Shown here in pieces: positions 50,735 through 64,000 of a stretch of DNA of 64,000 bases. Source of the stretch: Octopus bimaculoides (Eukaryota); the NCBI RefSeq assembly GCF_001194135.2, contig NC_068984.1, forward strand, positions 46,813,103-46,877,102, in the 5' to 3' direction. Position numbers and translations under genes: made by a program. The first letter of the stretch is position 1; the number at the start of each line of letters is the position of its first letter. The notes under the pieces were generated by a model that was given only the letters and a program-made list of their open reading frames with translations, searched no databases and was not told where the DNA came from.

Positions 50735-51699
50735 TTTTTTTACATATATACATTTCTGTAAAAAATAAATGAATGTAGCAGCGAACATATTTAGTTGGAC
50801 TTACTTGTGTTAAGCAACTGTTGTTTTACTCAGCATATTGTATGTTTTGCGCATGCGCGTGTTAGTAACATTGGTGAGACCCTGTATTTATCCCAGGACA
50901 GCTTTTCTTTTACGGATTGCGTTGCATATTAATTTAGTGACAATGTCATTTCGCGTAGAAAGGTTGTAACATGATATTTTTGTGTAGATGCTGATATATT
51001 CCACAGATATGTGGAACGACATTCTCGGTTGCATCTTGCGGCCCCATACATTCCTGTGTCTCTTACCACGTATTTTATAACGATCTATTGATTTTGATGT
51101 TGAAACGCATAGCATTCGAAGTGTGATGTGATAAACCGTTCATGATATATGGATCACGAGTTCAAGAAAGGCTGCACGTCGATATTATTGTCATCTTCAA
51201 ATCTTCTGGAAACATACTCATGCATAATATTCTATTCATTTATTTATTTATTTATTTATTTAAGTTCATCTATACAAATATTTTTGGATTGTATGCGAGA
51301 TTATTGGTATTAGAAAGAGAGTGCTTCCAAGGGAGTTCGCTGCCGACACGCTTGATGCTGTTCTCTTATTTCTCAGTGCTAGGTTTATGTATTTATATTT
51401 GCTGCTACAATATTCTTATGCTTTGTGTACTGATCCTAAGCATCTAATCCCTTCGTCTACTCTTAGTTACAGTCTGTCGATATCGCTTTCTGCAGAAATT
51501 TCTATTTGATATCAGAATCCTCCAAGCTTCAATATTTACAGACAATTCAAGTATCCTGAATATTGGTATCAGTTCAGGTATTGCAAATGCATTGAGACTT
51601 ATTTTCATGTAAAAGATCCGACTACTTCATTTTTTTAAGTGTGGTGTAGTAAATATGTAAAAATGTACTAATGTGGGTGCATATATGTATATATGTGAA

Positions 51700-52030
51700 G
51701 GCGCATGGCTCAGTGGTTAGAGCGTAGAACTTACGACCGTGAGATTCTGAGTTCGAATCCCGAACCGGGCTGCGTGTTGTGTTCTTGAGCAAGACACTTT
51801 ATTACTCGTTGCTCCAGTTCACTCAGCTGTAGAAATGAGTTGCGACGTCACTGGGGCTAAGCTGTATCGGCCTTTGACTATCTCTTGGATAACATCGGTG
51901 GCGTGGAGAGAGGAGGCTGGTATGCATGGGCGACTGCTGGTCTTCTATAAAAAACCTTGCTCGGATTTGTGCCTCGGAGAGTAACTTTCTAGGTGCAATC
52001 CCATGGTCAGTCATGACCGAAGGGGGTCTC
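51700..52030 (+). mobile_element. tRNA-derived SINE, CORE-type (family B), full length
   Basis: A box TGGCTCAGTGG, B box GTTCGAATCC, and CORE-like TTGAGCAAGACACTT...TTCACTCAGCTGTAGAAATGAGT. Confidence 0.9.
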
Positions 52031-53374
52031 CCATATATGTATGTTTGTATGTGCGTGCACGTGTGTGCATGTGTGTATATATTTACACATATCTTATATG
52101 GCGAATTCTGGAGTTATATATTATATATTTGTACCAAACTACATAAAAAGTATTATGCATATATGCGTGCGTGTGTGCGTGTCTGTGCATGTGCGTGCGC
52201 GTATACACGTATGTACGTATGCATGTATAATATATATGTATATGTATATGTATATAATTTGTAATCTGGTTCAAGAAAAATTTTCGCCACATACGGTCAA
52301 CCAAAATTAATATACTGATTAGAGAAAAAGTCATTTTGTAGAATGAACTTAGAATTGGTTATTTGAATATATATTTTGTTTATTATTACTCATTTTTAAT
52401 TAATATTACTCTCCTTAGTTATTTAAATTCTGTTTTCTCTTCAAAATTCTGCGAGTACAAATATGATTAGGAATAAATTAGCTTCATTTCTTTAATTAAT
52501 TTCCATTAATAAAATATTTTTCTAATTTGTTTTCCTACTTGAGATAATAGAGGGACTTTGTTTTTTCTTGTTATCGAGTGATTGACAAAAAATTATTCTT
52601 AAGATAAATTTAATTATTAAAGCATTCAAAATATAATTAATGCTGCTGTTATACTTTCAACATCAATAAGTTTAAGATAATGTGTTTACTGATGCTAGCT
52701 CAACACTGTGCATTTTCAGGAAAGACTTGTTTACAATCAGGTCAAACTTGATTCGTAACTACTATGAAGACAGACGTTCTGATTGTGATCACCCTCTTCT
52801 TTTACACACACACACACGGGCGCGCGCGTATGTAAATTCGACAAAGGTCTATTGAATAGACCAAGTAAAATCAAAAGTAATGCACATTGCTGCGTATGCT
52901 GGTTTGGTAGAATGACAAAGATCAACGGATTAAACAATCCATTCCAGCAGCGAGATTAAGATTATTGAGAGTGAGAGTAAGATTACAGATATTCCGCGAA
53001 TCCAGGAGAATCCAAAGTTAAATTGTACTTTCGCATAATATATCAATAATAAAACAGGCGAATAGATTTAATGGTATGGTTTCATTTCTTTTTTACATTA
53101 AGAAATTGTTTTATATTGAATTCCACATAATGGTATATCACATTCTACTCGTCGAATGTGACATATCATAGTATACACTAGATGGTATTATCTGAAAAGC
53201 TGAAAGTTTATACATACTGTATTGCATAACTATATTGATAGTGCACACTGTACATCACTGTGTAACTATGTGTATGATATTTATGCCACGATAAAATCAC
53301 TAATTGAAACAAATGTAATGATACCATAACTTTCATTCAGAAAGTAAAGACGGATGAAAATGTTTAGCGGAAGT

Positions 53375-53600
53375 GGCGAGCTGGCGGAATAGTTACTGCA
53401 CCAGGTAAAATGTTTAGTGGCATTTCGTCCTTTTTTACGTTCTGATTTCAAATTCAATCGAGAACGACAATGCCTTTCATCTTTTCGGAGTCGATTAAAT
53501 AAGTATCAGTTGATCACTGGGGTTGACGTAATCGCCCTTAATCATTCACCCGAAATTGCTGGTCTTGTGCCAAAATTTGAAGTCATCATTATTATTATTA
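53375..53600 (+). mobile_element. SINE family C, full length, short (ATT)n tail
   Basis: GGCGAGCTGGCGGAA head and central GCCTTTCATCTTTTCGGAGTCGATTAAATAAGTATCAG, which resembles the Meta-type SINE domain as I recall it. Confidence 0.85.
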
Positions 53601-53639
53601 CATTTACGCACAGCAGATTAGAATACTAGGAAAAAAAAT

Positions 53640-54130
53640 TCTGACACTGGGCTATACCAAATAAATGTTGATGCTAAGAACGTTCCTAAGTATTCTAGCT
53701 CTCCCTGACAATACTCTTTTCCGGAGCTACGCTGAACTAGGTATGATGCCTATCTCCTCTATCCAACTAGTTAAATGTTTAGGGATAGTTCCTAATGCAC
53801 CTATAACTACAGGGATACATTTTACCCGTACTTTCCATAACATCTGTAACTCAATGTCTAGGTCCTGGTAAATTGCTATTTTCTCTATACTTCTCACATT
53901 GACTTTCTCCTCATTTGGGTCTGTAAAATCAGTTACCTAGCACTTACTCTTCACTTTCTCTACTACTTCTAAATCAGGCCCTCTAGCTTCTAATATTCTG
54001 TCAGTTTGAAGGTTAAAAACCCACATCTTATATTTCTATACTTTCTAGCACATCACTAGGTTCATGTTCACGCTACTTAGCAGTATGCGAAGCCCAATAC
54101 ACCCATCACGTATGATTAGGGTACACCAGG
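53640..54130 (-). mobile_element. R4/Dong-like restriction-like endonuclease domain and 3' end
   Basis: FNLQTDRILEARGPDL..TDF..YQDLDIELQMLWKVRVKCIPVVIGALGTIPK..LRKRVLSGRARILRNVL. Confidence 0.88.
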
Positions 54131-54254
54131 CACATACATCACAACCATGGTGATCTCATATCAAATTACACAGCACATGACCGTACACGTGAGTCCCAGT
54201 TATGAGTATATTCAGGTCGTGTGGCCCATCCTGCTTAATTGGTTTTAGAACAAA

Positions 54255-54569
54255 GATTTTTAAGGATGATGAAGGAAACGCCAATGTTTTCAAAGGTGGA
54301 TTATTCAAACCCCGCAAATCTCCCTCAACACATGGCTATGATGCTTCTTCGCTACTCCTCTTCGTGTCCGAGACGCACATTTCGTCAGTTATACGGGACA
54401 TGTTCAACTGGTTAAGCTCATGTAACTAACAAGCAAATCTTTGGTATCGAGCCGAATATTTGATATAGCCCATCTTTTGCTTCAAGACAAATCATGTACA
54501 TGTTAACACATCCAATCAGTTAAGAGCAGAAGCCATGAAAGCGACTGCCTGGTATTGCATCAGGGCATT
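54255..54569 (+). mobile_element. 3' region of an unassigned dispersed repeat
   Basis: CTCAACACATGGCTATGATGCT...CCAATCAGTTAAG.GCAGAAGCCATG...GCATCAGGGCATT is recalled from octopus repeats. There is no second copy in this window. Confidence 0.45.
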
Positions 54570-54706
54570 ACTTGTAGTTGCCTCTGAGAATTTCTTGGTA
54601 TTGCATCAGCGAATTGCCTAGTATTGCATCAAAACATTCCCTGGTATCGCACCAGGAGTTCCCTTGGTATTATATCAGGGCATTGTCTGGTATAGCTTCA
54701 AAGCGC
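54548..54706 (+). repeat. Seven degenerate 22-24 bp tandem units, consensus YYTGGTATTGCATCAGGGCATT
   Basis: Units start at 54548, 54570, 54593, 54616, 54639, 54661 and 54685. Confidence 0.8.
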
Positions 54707-56999
54707 AAACTTCTATGTTTCATAATTAATGTAAATGACATCGTTCAAAGGCAGGTTATTGTGGTATTCGTCCTGATATTTCTCATGGACATGCTGTGTT
54801 TCTAACAAAATGTATATCAGAGGGAGACGAAAAACATCTCAACAGCAGACATCGAGAACGCCAGATGCATTTTGGCCTGGTAGGGTCTCATCAGTGGCAT
54901 GCATTCCCGCCCAGCCTAAAACAAATTTGTCGCCTCCAGTATATAGTAATAAATGTATACCACATAGTCTGGTATTGAGAATAGCTGCACGCTGGAATAA
55001 ACTCGTTACATGCAACAAATTCAGTATTAAATTAATATTGACATCTGTAGACAGTACCTAATATAGATTCATCGTCAAGTAGTAGTCGCCCGGAGATGAC
55101 ATCGGTTATGGACGTGTTGTGTCAAAAAGCAATATATATTGAAGGAACAATAAAATTGCCTCAGTAGTTATTAGTTAGACAAATACTGCGGTAACTTGTC
55201 TTTCAACGAATTATTTATATTAAATACGATGCATAGTTGGTTATTTCAATTTAATGCTGATCTCTTGCGCATTACGAATTTTTATCCAGCCGAAAGGGAA
55301 TCCACAAAACCAATGAATATACTATTCACAGTTTCTTATACACCGGAGATGACAAGTTTCGTCTAGACTTCTGACGGGCTATGAACATATGTCATTTGTA
55401 AGGCTCAACAAGGCCGATGTGTACCTCTTTTATGAACATACTGTGTTCATAAAAGAATTTATATGTGTTGGGGAAATGCTGGAACCTGATATTGAACTCT
55501 GTGTAAACGTATGCAGGTATATATGCGCGTATGGCTATGTGTGTGGAGAAGAGGAATATACAGACATTAAGATTATCAACAACAACAAAAAAAAATGAGA
55601 ATTACACAATAAAAACCAGAATGATTGCTGGCAATTTTCCTGAAAACAATTCTATAGCTGGCCGACTACAAGACTTTTCTTTAGGCAGTTATGAAAAATT
55701 GAAGTATGGAGTGTCAACACGATACCAAGTAATATTTCAGATGCAAAAAAAAGAAAAAGAAGAAACACCTATATACACAGACACACACGCATGCGACCAC
55801 ACACACACACACATACACGCACACACATACACATTCACACACACACATTCACTCACACACACACGTACACATAAATGTAGGTATATAAAAATACGCACAG
55901 ATTTAGGAAAAGTTCCTACTTACATATTATATATATACATATTTATAAATATATATAAACAAAAATGTTTGTGTGTATTCGTTTATATACATACATTCAT
56001 ATAACACAGACATATACACATGCACGCGTGTACATATATATATATATACATACATACATACATACATACACCCCTAGAGATGTATAGTTATAAACGTGCA
56101 TATGTATATGTATGTATATATATAATATATATATACATACATGTATATATATTATATGTATATTCACACACATATATATATATATATGGTTGGTTATATA
56201 TATATATATATATACATATATGTGTACACACACACACACACATATATATTATGCATACGCGTAATTCAATTTGCTGATTCTTTATTAAATTCATAAAAGC
56301 AATTATTTTTGTAAGAAAATTAGCGAAAAAAAAAAGAAAAAAGAAATTTAGAACACGTAAGCAATTTACATTATCGATGTTGTCATTACATTGTAGTAGT
56401 TTCATTACTTGTAGAAATAAAGAATTTTTGAATATTGTATCTAACCGTAGTATCGAGATTAATCTAGAATGTACATTGGGTGTCAGGCAAATATCGATCA
56501 CTTTATGAACAGTTTTCTTTTGTTTATCATATCACATTTATGAAATTAAACTTCATTGTTTTACATGTTGTGTATAAGTGCATCGTAATCTAATTTTCCA
56601 TGTGCACTTATATGTATCCATATATATTCGCCTTGAATCGTGGCTAGTGTATATATTTATATATGTATATACACAGTGCATAGATGTGGCCGTGGGTGTA
56701 TATATATATATATAGTTTTAGGGAAAATAACCAATTTTCAAGAACTCATCGTTTTGTGAATAAGAATCAGAGCGCGATTTGTTGATGAAACTGTTTATTC
56801 ATAATCATTTCTTGTACAGTTTTTTTTATTGTGGGCTATTCACGATACAAATGTGACGACGTTCTAATTTAATTTTAATTTTTTATAAATTGATTTTAAT
56901 TGAGTTTTTTACCTGCTGATATGTACATTAACAAAAAATCTATCAGATGACGTGAGTATAAACAAATGTATTGAAACAAATCCGGAAATCAATCACAGC

Positions 57000-57676
57000 T
57001 TAATTATCTAGAGTTTTTAAATATACGATAGTTTGTGTGTGTCCTTTAATTGGTGTATAGATGAAAAGATTTGGGGGATTTATTACTCGCCAACGTCCTA
57101 CATATAATTGCCCATGAAAGAAGCTAGTTGAAGACTGTCCTTGAGACTTGTTCATTGACATAGCCAAACATAGTTTCACTGGGGACTGAAACCATTTAAA
57201 TTCAAAGGGAAAGTCATAGGAGATTAACGGGATCCGTGGAATGAAGACATTCTTACCCCTATAGTTCGCTGTCATAATTGTTGCCTCTAGCACATGGTGT
57301 CGCATCGCTTTCACCACCAGTCTAGTGCCATTGCACAGACAACAAGGTGGATCCGGATCCCTGAGCAGCATGATTGAGGTCCCCTTTTGAAGTGTTAAGT
57401 GGTGAGGTAGTATCCCAGATGGCTATAGAGAGTTCAGGAACATAGTTCGAAAAACTACAGCCTGCTCCTTATCAATGACAGTATTGAGGGATTTGAAAGA
57501 CTGTTCTTGTCCGGGCAAAAGCTGCAAGAGATCGCAGTTGATTTTGTTGACAACATCATTACGTGGAGCTAAGATGGCTCGCTCACGTAGCCATTGACTG
57601 TTGCTAATTTTTTTTGCAATGTTTGGGAGCACATGCATTATGAGATCATTAACAGTTGGTACCATCGCACCACAGG
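57000..57676 (-). mobile_element. Helitron Rep/helicase remnant: PIF1-like helicase C-terminal part
   Basis: WLRERAILAPRN, FLNSL*PSG, MLLRDPDP..LCNGTRL, FIPRIPL, AMSMNKSQGQS, FHGQLYV..RV. There is one in-frame stop at 57423-57425 and a deletion after QGQS. Confidence 0.9.
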
Positions 57677-58822
57677 CTTTCTCCCCCCACCCCGAATTTG
57701 GATGATGATAACTTTCAGAAAAATTGATATTTTTTAATAAAATTGCCTACGACTATGCGTTATATCATGTAGATTCCGAATATAGAAAGCTTTTTGGCAA
57801 AAGTGTTTTAGGAGATGTGGGGAGGATTTTCGAAAATTTCAATGGAGTCCACTTCAATTCGTCTTAACTTTCAGGAAAATGGATATTTGAAAATGAAATT
57901 GTCTACAAATATACCTCGGGCTATGTAGATTCCAAGCATATATGATTTTGGGGGGAAACGATTGGGTGTTATTTTGGCGACCTGTTTCCCACTGGGGACT
58001 GTCATGGAACAAGTCGTCCATATTTGTTTCAGTTTCTCCGTTTTGTGCGTTTGTCCATCCGTATAATTTCGGGAAAAAAATTGAAAAGGTAAGAAGGGGG
58101 TGTAATCTGGAGAAAGAAAGACTCATGCTTATTCTCAGTGTCCTCACACACACACACACACATATATATATAATGAAAAAGTTCGAAAAGGGAATTATTC
58201 CATTCAATATCATGTTTATTATAGAGATTATGTAACAAATTATTCTTTACACTTCTATATTTAACTGTGCGTGTATACCCCTTATTTTTGCTTCTGGTAT
58301 CTTCTGCCTTTTTTTAGAACCATTTACCTGGGAATTTACTTAATGTGAAAAAAAAAAACCGTATGGAACAGAGAAGTCGTCTTAATAACATGTAGTGAGG
58401 GATTCATTTGCCTTCTTTGCCGTTTGCGTCAGTCGAAATCTACGGATACACGAAATGCACAAAACAGAGAAAATGTAACAATATGGACGACTTATTCCGA
58501 AACACCCCCGAAATAATTTCCAAAGATAACTCTCAATTGTTTTCCCCAAAAATTCCTACATACTCGGAATCTACATAGTCAGAGGTATGTTTGTAGATAA
58601 TTTCATAACAAAAAATATCCATTTTCTTGAAAGTTAAGCGAATTGAAGTGGACTCCGGTGAATTTTCTGAAAATGCTCCCCCACCCCTTCTAAAACACTT
58701 TCACAAGAATTGTCTTTATTTGGAATCTATATGATATAACATATTCGTAGAAAATTTAATTAAAAAATATTCATTTTTCTGAAAGTCATGATCATCCACA
58801 TCGAGGTGGGGCAGAGTTGTGT
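57670..58822. mobile_element. Large foldback element, about 390-bp diverged inverted arms, about 360-bp spacer
   Basis: 57670-58070 is collinear with the reverse complement of 58435-58822 (ACTTTCAGAAAAAT, GGAGTCCACTTCAATTCG, CTATGTAGATTCC, AAGTCGTCCATATT). Confidence 0.88.
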
Positions 58823-58853
58823 AGTTATTCCCTGAGGAATTAAATGAAATCTC

Positions 58854-58914
<61 letters not shown>

Positions 58915-59023
58915 NNNNNNNNNNNNNNNNNNNNNNNNNNNNNNNNNNNNNNNNNNNNNNNNNNNNNNNNNNNNNNNNNNNNNNNNNNNNNNNNNNNNNN
59001 NNNNNNNNNNNNNNNNNNNNNNN

Positions 59024-59087
<64 letters not shown>

Positions 59088-59789
59088 GTATATGTGTGTG
59101 TGTGTGTGTAAATAGGTGGTTAGTTAGTTACTATGTTGACATTGACAAAACAAATAAGTGAAAGTGTTAATTAAGTCGATTTGGGCCAAAAATAATCACA
59201 TGGGATTTAAATGTAAAATATCAAGTCTTAATAAGGCGACTTGTCCCCAAGATGTCCGAAATACGTATTGGAAAATCAATGCAGGATATACAGTACCTCT
59301 ATTAATTAACTGAGAAATAGGTGTCTATCTTTGTATGGAATTTTTTTTTCTCTCATGAAAGTACCTTTAAAATTCCTTTTCATCAGAAATCGTCACAACT
59401 GTAATGATGTATACATACGTGTGTGTGTAACTAAGTGGTAAGTACGCCAAGGACAGGGAGTTCAAACATAGGAAGTTAAGAAAACGATTTGAAGAAGTGA
59501 ATCTTTATATATAGAGCAATATTATTTAGTTTTAATAAATAAATAAAAAAATCAAGACCGTATTATTCTGTCAAAGGTCACCTTATTTATATACTCCAAG
59601 TATGGTGCAGATTGATCCAGAGTTTTGAGCGTGAATCCAGGACACACACAGACAGGGTATTTTATATATTAAGATGGCAACGATACATTATCATTTACTC
59701 ACTTCAGACAATGTAACATCATAAATAAATCTAGAGTGAGTGGCATCGTCAGTAATCGTATTTGTATCAAATAATGGACGTCAATTTTC

Positions 59790-60070
59790 ATCAGTCATCA
59801 TTCAGAAGTGTGTTTGCTAAGTTATTTATATCGAGTAAAATTTGCAAGACAAATAAATTCTACAAGCAAAGAATATCAGGGTCTCACTAATATTTTTAGT
59901 GCTTTAGGTATATCAATTTCAAAGATCAACTCCTCATTCAGGCATGAAGAGAGAAAGTTGAGATATTCTCCTGTACTGAGCTTTGGGAATATTGCATTAG
60001 GACTGAGTGTAAAAATATGCGACCACTACAAAAACAACCGCAGGTTATATAACGGAAAACCTATCTAAAA
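59790..60070 (+). mobile_element. Decayed PLE GIY-YIG fragment related to the family at 0.8-1.3 kb
   Basis: CLLSYLYRVK...SKEYQGLTNIF...NSSFRHEERK resembles CL...IY.......K.Y.GLT..F...H.SSFRHE. Confidence 0.55.
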
Positions 60071-61033
60071 CCTTTAACAAATTCAAAAATTGGAACCACA
60101 GAAGATATTTACGTATCATATTTATACAACTCACATTCATCAGTTCAAAATGAGTTTTGTCTAAAATTATCTTTCAAACTTCAATTTTCGTTAATGAAAC
60201 GCCCTTATTTATATTTTGTGATAGTGTGCATTTATCATGTTGTCAGGATCCTTTTTTAGCTCTTATTATTAAATGTAAAGATTTACTGTGTGAGACACAG
60301 CTACCCTCCTCTCACTAATTTCAGTAAATAACGATTTCTTAAATCGAACATTTTAACATGTGAAGCTTTAAGTTATACTTTATGCTACGCACTCTACAAA
60401 GATTCCGATCTACTAATGTTTCCATATTAACTCTTTGCTCTGCTCGTTTTGTTTCGTTCCATTATAGTCCTTCCATCAGGCACCATATGGAGTTAGAAAA
60501 GTTGCCAGACTGATACGGATGTGTTGATTAGGAATATTTTTGGCAAACGTCTGAAGCCTTGTCAGAATGCAATAGATGCTCGCGCTTGCTGTGAACAGCA
60601 GGATATGCATTTATTCTGCACCTTTTTTGCATGATTTTTCCTAATAGTGATACATAATTGGGGTGCATGTATGTAATACCCATCAAAGCTGTATGCATAC
60701 ACATTACACAGAGAAAGGAGCCAAAAATGCTAATAGTCGAATTAAGCTACATTTTTTCAATTTCTTGTTACATACGTATTAGGCAATAATGTGTGGGTGT
60801 GGGTATGTTTGTGTTCCATAGTTATAGATATTGATAAATATTATTGAATTGCATACTGACGGATGGAAGGGAAGTATGAATATGCATCTAAATAGAAAAA
60901 AAAATGCCTTTAGCAAATAATATCAGAAGATTCTACAACTATTCAAACGTGATATATTTAAAAAAATTTAATTTCAGCTTTCATGGTTTCGTTCAACGCT
61001 ATAGAAGTAATCAAAATATGACACCAAAATATT

Positions 61034-61133
<100 letters not shown>

Positions 61134-61329
61134 AGTACACACAATACACACATATATATATATATACTTACATGTATGTATATGTGTGGTGTGGGGTTAA
61201 AATAATTGGGATATTGTATCACTTCGCAAAATGTTAATTGCAGATTTCAACCATCAGTCCTAAAGAAATATATGTATTTAGCACAGAATAAATTCTATTA
61301 ATTGCAACAATTTTTATTACAATCTCTAT

Positions 61330-61466
61330 GGTGGCGATCATGTACAATCATTAATGCATCGGGCAAAATGTTAAGCAGTATTTCTTCAGGATTTATGCTT
61401 CACGTTAAAATTATGCCGTGGTCGACTTTGCTTTTCCTCAATTTGGGGTCGATAAAATAAGCACTA
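61330..61466 (+). mobile_element. SINE family C, degenerate
   Basis: GGTCGACTTTGCTTTTCCTCAATTTGGGGTCGATAAAATAAG. Confidence 0.8.
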
Positions 61467-62059
61467 AATTTCAAGTCTTGTGTGTATAGTAGGAAAACAT
61501 ATATCTACTAGGATATGCATATTTCTGCCAGCAATAAACAAGTCTAGTTATTTCAGTAAATGAGAATTCTGAAATCTTGTAAGCGATGATTTCTCGAAAT
61601 GGATTATGAGTTACTTCTTGTTTGCAAGATGTTTGCGCGATGCTTCAACCGTCATTTGTTCAAAGATAAGTTTCTAAATAGGCTGAGTGTATGTGAAATT
61701 TTGTAGGGTTCCTTTCTTTCATTTTTACTTAGTCATTTTCAAAAATATGGATGGAAGTTGTCATCAATGATTCACAAGGGCCTTATGTTACCGTTGTAGT
61801 TGTTTGATTCATTGTTATTTTTGTGACAATTCTTTCCTCTTATGACAGTTTAGTAAGAATTCAAGAAATAAAGCATAATTCCACTTTGCTGACCACCAAA
61901 CATATGATCATAATATATCTTATATTGTTGCTTTACTTTGGCTCAGTCTCAGCATAAATCACGATACGATGTATTGTAACTGAATATGGTGCGCATGTTT
62001 GACAAGTGTTGAATGTTCAATGTTTCATTCTGCTGCATCTTGGTCTTCAACTCATAATA

Positions 62060-62710
62060 TAGAAACACTCGAATTTGCTTTTTTTTTTATTTTCCTTGAT
62101 ATGCCATTTTGAAATAAACATGTGGAAAGCAGTAAATCAATTTACATTACTGGTAGAGCTGCACAAAAACTGTTTTTTCATGCTTCTTGTGTCATTCGAA
62201 CACACATACAGTCCGCGTTCTGATCGACCTATTCAGTTTAATGAGGATCAATTGAACCATCACATTCATATGAACGAACTCCAATCCATTAGGAAATTGT
62301 ACAAACAGATGAGATGCTCCCAAAATACCATTACCCGCCACAATCAATTGATGGATAAGTTCCAGACCGCTCAAGTGGTTACATCTTTTTTCAACATGAC
62401 AACGTTCGCTCCCACATTGCAAATTTGACCTAAAACGCTTTTCAAGTGCATGGTTGAGAGGTTCTACAACACACTTTGTATCCTCCTGATGTAAAGCCTT
62501 TAGATTATCGCTCGAGCAACTCGTTCAGCAACGATGTGGTGCTAAAATGCTGGCTCGATCAATTCTTTGAGCATTGAAAATTTAATGCAACGTTGGCAAG
62601 ACCTGAAGAATGAAACGAAATAGCTTGTTGAGGGATTTGGCAAAATTCTTGAAAAGCTACGCATTAAGATAAAAGGGAAAAAACGCCAGAATTTTGCGGA
62701 CAGTCTTGTA
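62060..62710 (+). mobile_element. Internally deleted, decayed mariner element
   Basis: PRSDRPIQFNEDQL (HTH region) joined to FQHDNVRSHIA (second catalytic Asp) and LYPPDVKPLDY (compare YSPDLAPSDY). The first catalytic Asp region is deleted. Confidence 0.85.
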
Positions 62711-63501
62711 TGTAAATGAATTTATGTGTGTATATATATATACAAAAAATACCCACACACATTTAATATGTTTATATATGGAAGCGCACATAATATTTGG
62801 TTTTGCATTCTATCCCCAAAAACAGAGCTGCCATTATTTTACTAATGTTTTTATGTATACATTTCGAACTGATTAGAGATCCAGCAATTTGTCTGGTTAT
62901 GATTATTCTTCATGATTTACTACTATTTTCATAAAGTTGCCTCATGTATATTAAATATTTACACAATTTCTGCCGAGCACTTTCCACAGGGATCGTGATT
63001 AATATATTAAGAATTATTGCCAGAGTAATCGATATCTTTGACATTTCCAAGTCCATTATAAAATCCTGAATATATTGACCACAATATCAAAAAGATAACC
63101 CGAATGCAATTGAGAGAATGCAATGTGATGGGTGTTTTTATCAGAGAACTGAATGGGAGAGAAAATGAAAAACTCAAACAGCAAATCTTTCTCAGTCCGT
63201 AATGTCAAAAATGAAATACTTCGAGTATTTTAATTATCACGCTAATACGATATCACATAGAGTACTATGGAAGTCTAGGGACGCACTGTGAAAAAATATA
63301 TATAACAAACATAAAATGTTTGCTATATCATTTGCATCCTGAGTACATTTCATCACCAAGTTTATTTCATCCTCTGCAGTGTATGTTGCTAGTTCAATTC
63401 GATATTGATACGCAACAGTCCACAAGTATTTACCCAAAAGTATTATATATAGGGCGGATATGCGTACACGTGAGTGTAAGTGTGTGTGCATTATGAATTT
63501 T

Positions 63502-63555
<54 letters not shown>

Positions 63556-63621
63556 CATACATGTGTGTGTGTGTGTGTGTGCGTGTGTGTGTGTACAGAT
63601 ACATATGTATATATACATATT

Positions 63622-64000
63622 TATATATAGTTGAAATTTACAGAAAAAGGAAAGACCTTGACAGATGTATAAACAAGCTGGTGTATTAGTTTGATGCTCT
63701 GGAAGGTGAGGAACTCTTTTACATTTCGAGCCTACGCTCGTCAACAGAAAGGAACACAGGGAAATAAACATAGAGAGAATAAAAAATTAAAAAATTGGGG
63801 ATTTAGCGGTCAATCACGGCGACTGGCTAGAAAACATTAGTTGGACAGGAAAGCTAGGAACACGGGGAGATAATATAATACGTGTGATCCCAAAATGAAG
63901 GTGCACGTGCGTATGTGTATGTGAGAGTCTGTGTGTGCGTGTGGTTAGGGGCTAGTGACTTTGACGTGTGGATGTGTGCGTGAATGTACGTCTGTAATGT
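63622..64000 (-). mobile_element. Non-coding dispersed repeat (PLE pLTR-like) with hammerhead-like motif, copy 2
   Basis: Collinear with 15937-16260. The minus strand of 63715-63752 contains CCTTTCTGTTGACGAGCGTAGGCTCGAAATGTAAAAG. Confidence 0.7.

Noticed and set aside
51700-51772. tRNA gene (perfect A and B boxes)
   Set aside because: It does not close an acceptor stem and continues into a CORE-like SINE body. The same applies to the other SINE heads and to the remnant at 2232-2280.
54548-54706. CRISPR-like array
   Set aside because: The units are adjacent with no unique spacers, are degenerate, and lie in a eukaryotic context with no cas genes.
55085-55385. Hammerhead-like GTCTAGAC-GAAAC-TT-GTC on the minus strand with a 12-bp direct repeat (CCGGAGATGACA)
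   Set aside because: The CUGANGA core has three mismatches and stem I cannot form. There is no second copy to support it.
57000-57676. Host PIF1 helicase gene
   Set aside because: It is intronless, has an in-frame stop and an internal deletion, and its wording is closer to Helitron helicases.

Overview
AT-rich, microsatellite-dense eukaryotic DNA with 16 assembly gaps (about 5.6 kb of N). The tRNA-derived SINE families match those I recall from Octopus genomes, so a coleoid cephalopod source is likely (inference). I found no recognisable host protein-coding gene, rRNA, true tRNA or CRISPR array, and most listed ORFs are microsatellite or gap artefacts. The window is a graveyard of decayed mobile elements: several Penelope-like element (PLE) families (RT/thumb, GIY-YIG, and pLTR-like pieces with hammerhead-like motifs), five R4/Dong-like non-LTR fragments (three abutting TAA tracts), two CR1/L2-type LINE fragments, three mariner remnants, a Helitron helicase fragment and three SINE families. 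Inverted structures are unusually frequent: three foldback elements of 0.6-1.15 kb, several MITEs and hairpins, a PLE split into two oppositely oriented contiguous halves, and a 221-nt palindrome of hammerhead-like PLE ends beside an RT fragment. All alignments were done by eye, so boundaries are approximate. I do not see a clearly new biological system; the best leads are the ribozyme-like palindrome and the rearranged or nested elements.
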